DNA of 63,738 nucleotides, counting the filler, from Octopus bimaculoides (taxonomy: Eukaryota), in NCBI RefSeq assembly GCF_001194135.2. It is 5 parts of 5 records of this genome, joined end to end, with 100 filler letters (N's around TTAATTAATTAA, not from the genome) between each part and the next. Parts side by side here need not be neighbours in the genome. Positions count along the whole stretch, not along the records: positions 59,851 to 63,738 come from NC_069000.1; 4 more parts are not named here. One strand, 5' to 3'. The notes under the pieces are model-generated. The model made no database searches. It was not told the origin of the DNA and was given only the letters and a program-made list of their open reading frames with translations. Position 1 is the stretch's first letter. Every line of letters starts with the position of its first letter. This document shows positions 60,006 through 63,738 of the stretch, one piece after another. Both the position numbers and the translations under genes were made by a program.

Positions 60006-60549
60006 AAAACAAACAAACGAATTTTGCTTTAGAAGCGTTGAAATATCTTAGAAAGTTAAAGAAGTGATTTTAAATTCTCAAACGCAGGATAATGCGTTCC
60101 AGCACCGAATGTCTCAGAACCCTTTGCACTAATGAATGGAGTGTAGCGTGAACACATTCGTCGTAAGAGCGAAGTCGTTCTTCTGTGACAAAACACACCA
60201 GCGATTAGCCAATTCCCGTTCAAATTAACCGGAACGTCTTAAGAATATGCAAGTTATCGTCGTTTATCACTGCTTATCGTGTGTATGACGATTTATTATT
60301 GGTTATGATAGTAAATACTTAAATGACGATCTGTAAAAGCTAGGATCTTCAGGCAAACTAAAAGACCGGATAAGACGCTCTTTACAAATACTTTCCGTAA
60401 TTGGTGCCGTAAAAATATGCAAGATTTTTCTAAACTTGAAAGTGTAATACTTATCGGTGTTTGGTATCCAAATTCTAGCCATGGAACTTTATTTCTTGTT
60501 TGACACCAACGTCTTTTAGGAGGAATTCTATGTAGAAAGAATAATTCTT

Positions 60550-60725
60550 TCTAATTTTGGCACAAGGGCTGCAATTTTGAGAGAAGGTGAAGTTCAACCC
60601 CTAATTGTTTTGTATCACTCCCGAAAGGATGACAAATAAAGCCGACCTTGACAATATTTGAACTTAGAATGTAAAGAGTCGGAAAGAATATACCGCTAGG
60701 CAATTTTGTGCCAGCCCAACGCCAT
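60550..60725 (-). mobile_element. Degraded SINE family C
   Basis: ttttggcacaaggg...ccgaaaggatga...aagccgaccttgacaatatttgaactta. Confidence 0.6.
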
Positions 60726-61088
60726 GAGTGGTAAGAATAGTAAAAGCAAAAAAGAATAAGAAGAAATACTAAAAGAAAAGTTTTAAAAAGAAATAAGTAG
60801 AAACAGAGGAGAAGAAGAGATGAAGTAAATGAAAAAAAGGAATAAATAGGAAAAGAAAAAAAAAAAGAAAATAAATGGACGAATAGAAATAGAAAGTAAA
60901 AAGAGAGGAGTCTTGGAAAGAAAAAAGAGAGGAATAGGACGAAGAAGTAAAAGATGAGAAAATGAGAAAGAAAATGACCAAAAAAAAAATGAAGAAAAAA
61001 AGACAAAAAGTGAAGAAAAAAGAGACAATAGAAGAAAATAAAAATTATAAAAACAAAACATTGAATGAAGAAAAAAGTGCAAGACAGC

Positions 61089-61119
<31 letters not shown>

Positions 61120-61347
61120 ATGGTGATAATGAGAATGATGATGAAGTAAGAGAAGATGGAAAAAGAGGAGGAGAAGAAGACAAATGAGAGGAGAGGCGGA
61201 CGAATGAAAACGTTGCCAATAACTTGACCATTTTAATTGACTGAGAGATCTTAATTAAAATTGTGTTTATCGTAGATAATCCTTACAATTGATCATCTGA
61301 AACATTTAATTACTGTTTTTCTGTCTTCGCACATCGTGTGTGTGTAC

Positions 61348-61381
<34 letters not shown>

Positions 61382-61413
61382 GTGTGAGTGTGTATGTGTG
61401 AGCGCACGTGTGC

Positions 61414-61462
<49 letters not shown>

Positions 61463-61566
61463 TACACATATATTCGTTTATTCTTTTACATGTTTCAGCC
61501 ATTTGACTGTGGCCATGCTGGAGCACCGCCTTGAATACACACATACACACATATATATAGTATATG

Positions 61567-61599
<33 letters not shown>

Positions 61600-61708
61600 A
61601 CATCTATATATCAATATATATATGCATATATAAGCACACTTATACAAATGATAACACACACATATACACAATACAATAACCACACACATTCATACACACA
61701 CACACGCG

Positions 61709-61764
<56 letters not shown>

Positions 61765-61962
61765 GTGATACATTGTGTTTCAATTATTTGGTTATATGTT
61801 AGACAGTAATTAAACATTGTCTCGTGTAGAACTCAATACAAGATGTAGAGTAAATAAATCTAGACCATAAAGAGACGTAGTTTCGATTGCACTATTTTAC
61901 GTATGTATGTATGTATGTATGTATGTATGCTTGTAACTATGTATAGCTACACATCTTATGTA

Positions 61963-62008
<46 letters not shown>

Positions 62009-62366
62009 TTACCTATCTATTTCTCTATCAATATTTATAATGTATGCAGGCATACATACATATATTTACGTATGTATGTGTATAAACACGCGCGCGCATA
62101 CATACACAGATATCTATATATATGCTGAGAGAACATGAGTAAATATATAACAGGCAGTCGCTTCTTATCTTCAATTATATATATATATATATCTACATAT
62201 TTACTTTGCATGTACCACGTACTTGCATTGTTTTTCTTGTCTTTTTTCTCTTTATTAACACACACACACATATAAACATATATTTTTATGTATATAGGAA
62301 CATATTTATACATATATACGTGTTTCTGAATGTGTTCATGTTTACGCGTGTGTGTTGTATTGAATG

Positions 62367-62403
<37 letters not shown>

Positions 62404-63073
62404 TGTAGCTGAACATGACAAACGACTGCTTTTTCTATATATTTCCTCGCATCTTTTATATATTTTCCAATACTATTCATGAACAAATTTACAATTCATA
62501 TCTCATTTTTCTGTATTCCGCTAACTTCCTTAATGTTCTTTTGAGTTTGAATCGAAAAAAACGTAAAGTGAGGAAAACGATTGAGAAAGAGAGAGATTAA
62601 GAGGGAGGGAAAGAAAGAAAGAGACAGAAAGAGAATGAAAGAGAAAGAGAGAGAAATAAATTTTGAGATATACTGAAAGAGGGAGAGAGAGAGTGAAAGA
62701 GTGGAAGAGAGAGGTAAGGAGAGAGAAGGGAGAAAAGTGATATAAAGAGAGGGGGAGAGAGAGATAGAGAGGGAAATAGAAAGAAAGGAAGAGAGAGAGA
62801 GAGAATCAATAAGACAATGGCTAAAGAAATAAAATCTCCAGAAATGTTCGAAAAATCTACCGAAAAACGGCAAATATACAAAATTACTACCGGGAATCGT
62901 TTATCTGATCCGAAAAGATCTGGTTCTTTTATGTGAAGTGCTGTTTTGCAACATATTTTGTTTATTCTTTTATATCATACCATATTATTAGTCAGTTTTT
63001 AGGAGGTCAATGATTTTATTTATTGTTTTTGTTGTATCAGCTATATCGTAACATTTTCTAACACAAACACAGG

Positions 63074-63600
63074 GAGAGCAAACGCCGAATCTGTGGAAAA
63101 GGAGATGAAAGTATCGACACCTCTCTTGAATGAATACAGTAAGCTAGCACAAAAAAGAGTTTAGGCGCAGGCATCACTGCGTGGCTAAACAGTGCATTAG
63201 CATGTTAGCAAAGTGAGTGGTTTCGAAATAACAGAAATGGCCGTAACAGTGAATAAGGATATTTCGGGATTTTTTGGGAAATTTTATGTGACTTCCCCAT
63301 AAACACTGAGCATACTATTGCAGTAAGAAGACCAGATAGGATAGAAAGAATTAAGAAATATCAAGACTTAGCCAGAGCGATGGAGAGATTATGGATGACT
63401 AAGACTACAGTTGTTCCTGTGGTAATTGATGCGATTGGCACAATGCCCAAACTGCTACCTGAGCGACTGGAAGATACTAGAACTGAGGATCGCATTGCTT
63501 CGGTCTGCAGAAAAGTGCAATTCGGAATCCTACAAAAATTCCGAAAAAAGAGTCTTGACATTTGAGGAGACTTGTTACCAAACACCAAGACAACATCCTT
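63074..63600 (+). mobile_element. R4/Dong-like RLE non-LTR retrotransposon 3' part, decayed and internally deleted
   Basis: Eroded CCHC knuckle (RICGKGDESID...LLNE.SKLAQK.FRRRH), ILCDFPINTEHTIAVRRPD, KKYQDLARAMERLW...VVPVVIDAIG. Confidence 0.75.
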
Positions 63601-63738
63601 GCTAACTAATATAATATATAATAGTTGTATAATAATAATAATGGTTTCAAGTTTTGGCACAAGGCATCAGTTTTAGTGGGAAAGGTAGTATTTGGTTGAT
63701 ATTTTGTTTTTATTGATCCTATATATATATATATATAT

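Overview
AT-rich, gappy eukaryotic sequence whose repeat landscape (tRNA-derived SINEs, Penelope-like termini, long AT/GT/GA/AAT microsatellites) looks like an octopod cephalopod genome (inference). Four artificial 100-bp spacers (44 N + TTAATTAATTAA + 44 N; 12-mers at 15135, 25713, 41648, 59795) divide it into five joined scaffolds, so adjacency across them is not evidence of physical linkage. Only one intact protein-coding gene is supported: a + strand SLC34 (NaPi-II) sodium/phosphate cotransporter. I reconstructed nine in-phase coding exons (2484-14614, 554 aa, start codon not found), including two symmetric N-terminal micro-exons and a single 845-nt terminal exon. The rest is transposon debris (RTE, R4/Dong-like, CR1, Tx1/L1, Penelope-like, mariner, hAT, MITEs, several SINE families), microsatellites, and a decayed tandem pair of former coding sequences that look LRR-receptor-like (~25.85-28.45 kb, - strand). 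The least expected signal is a set of hammerhead-ribozyme folds: one with a canonical core (54382-54487, -), a repeated minimal variant with core CUGUUGA-A (1111, 8291, 53326), a degenerate head-to-head pair (~34.55-34.92 kb) and a weaker candidate (42699). Almost all ORFs in the supplied track are microsatellite or N-gap artefacts.
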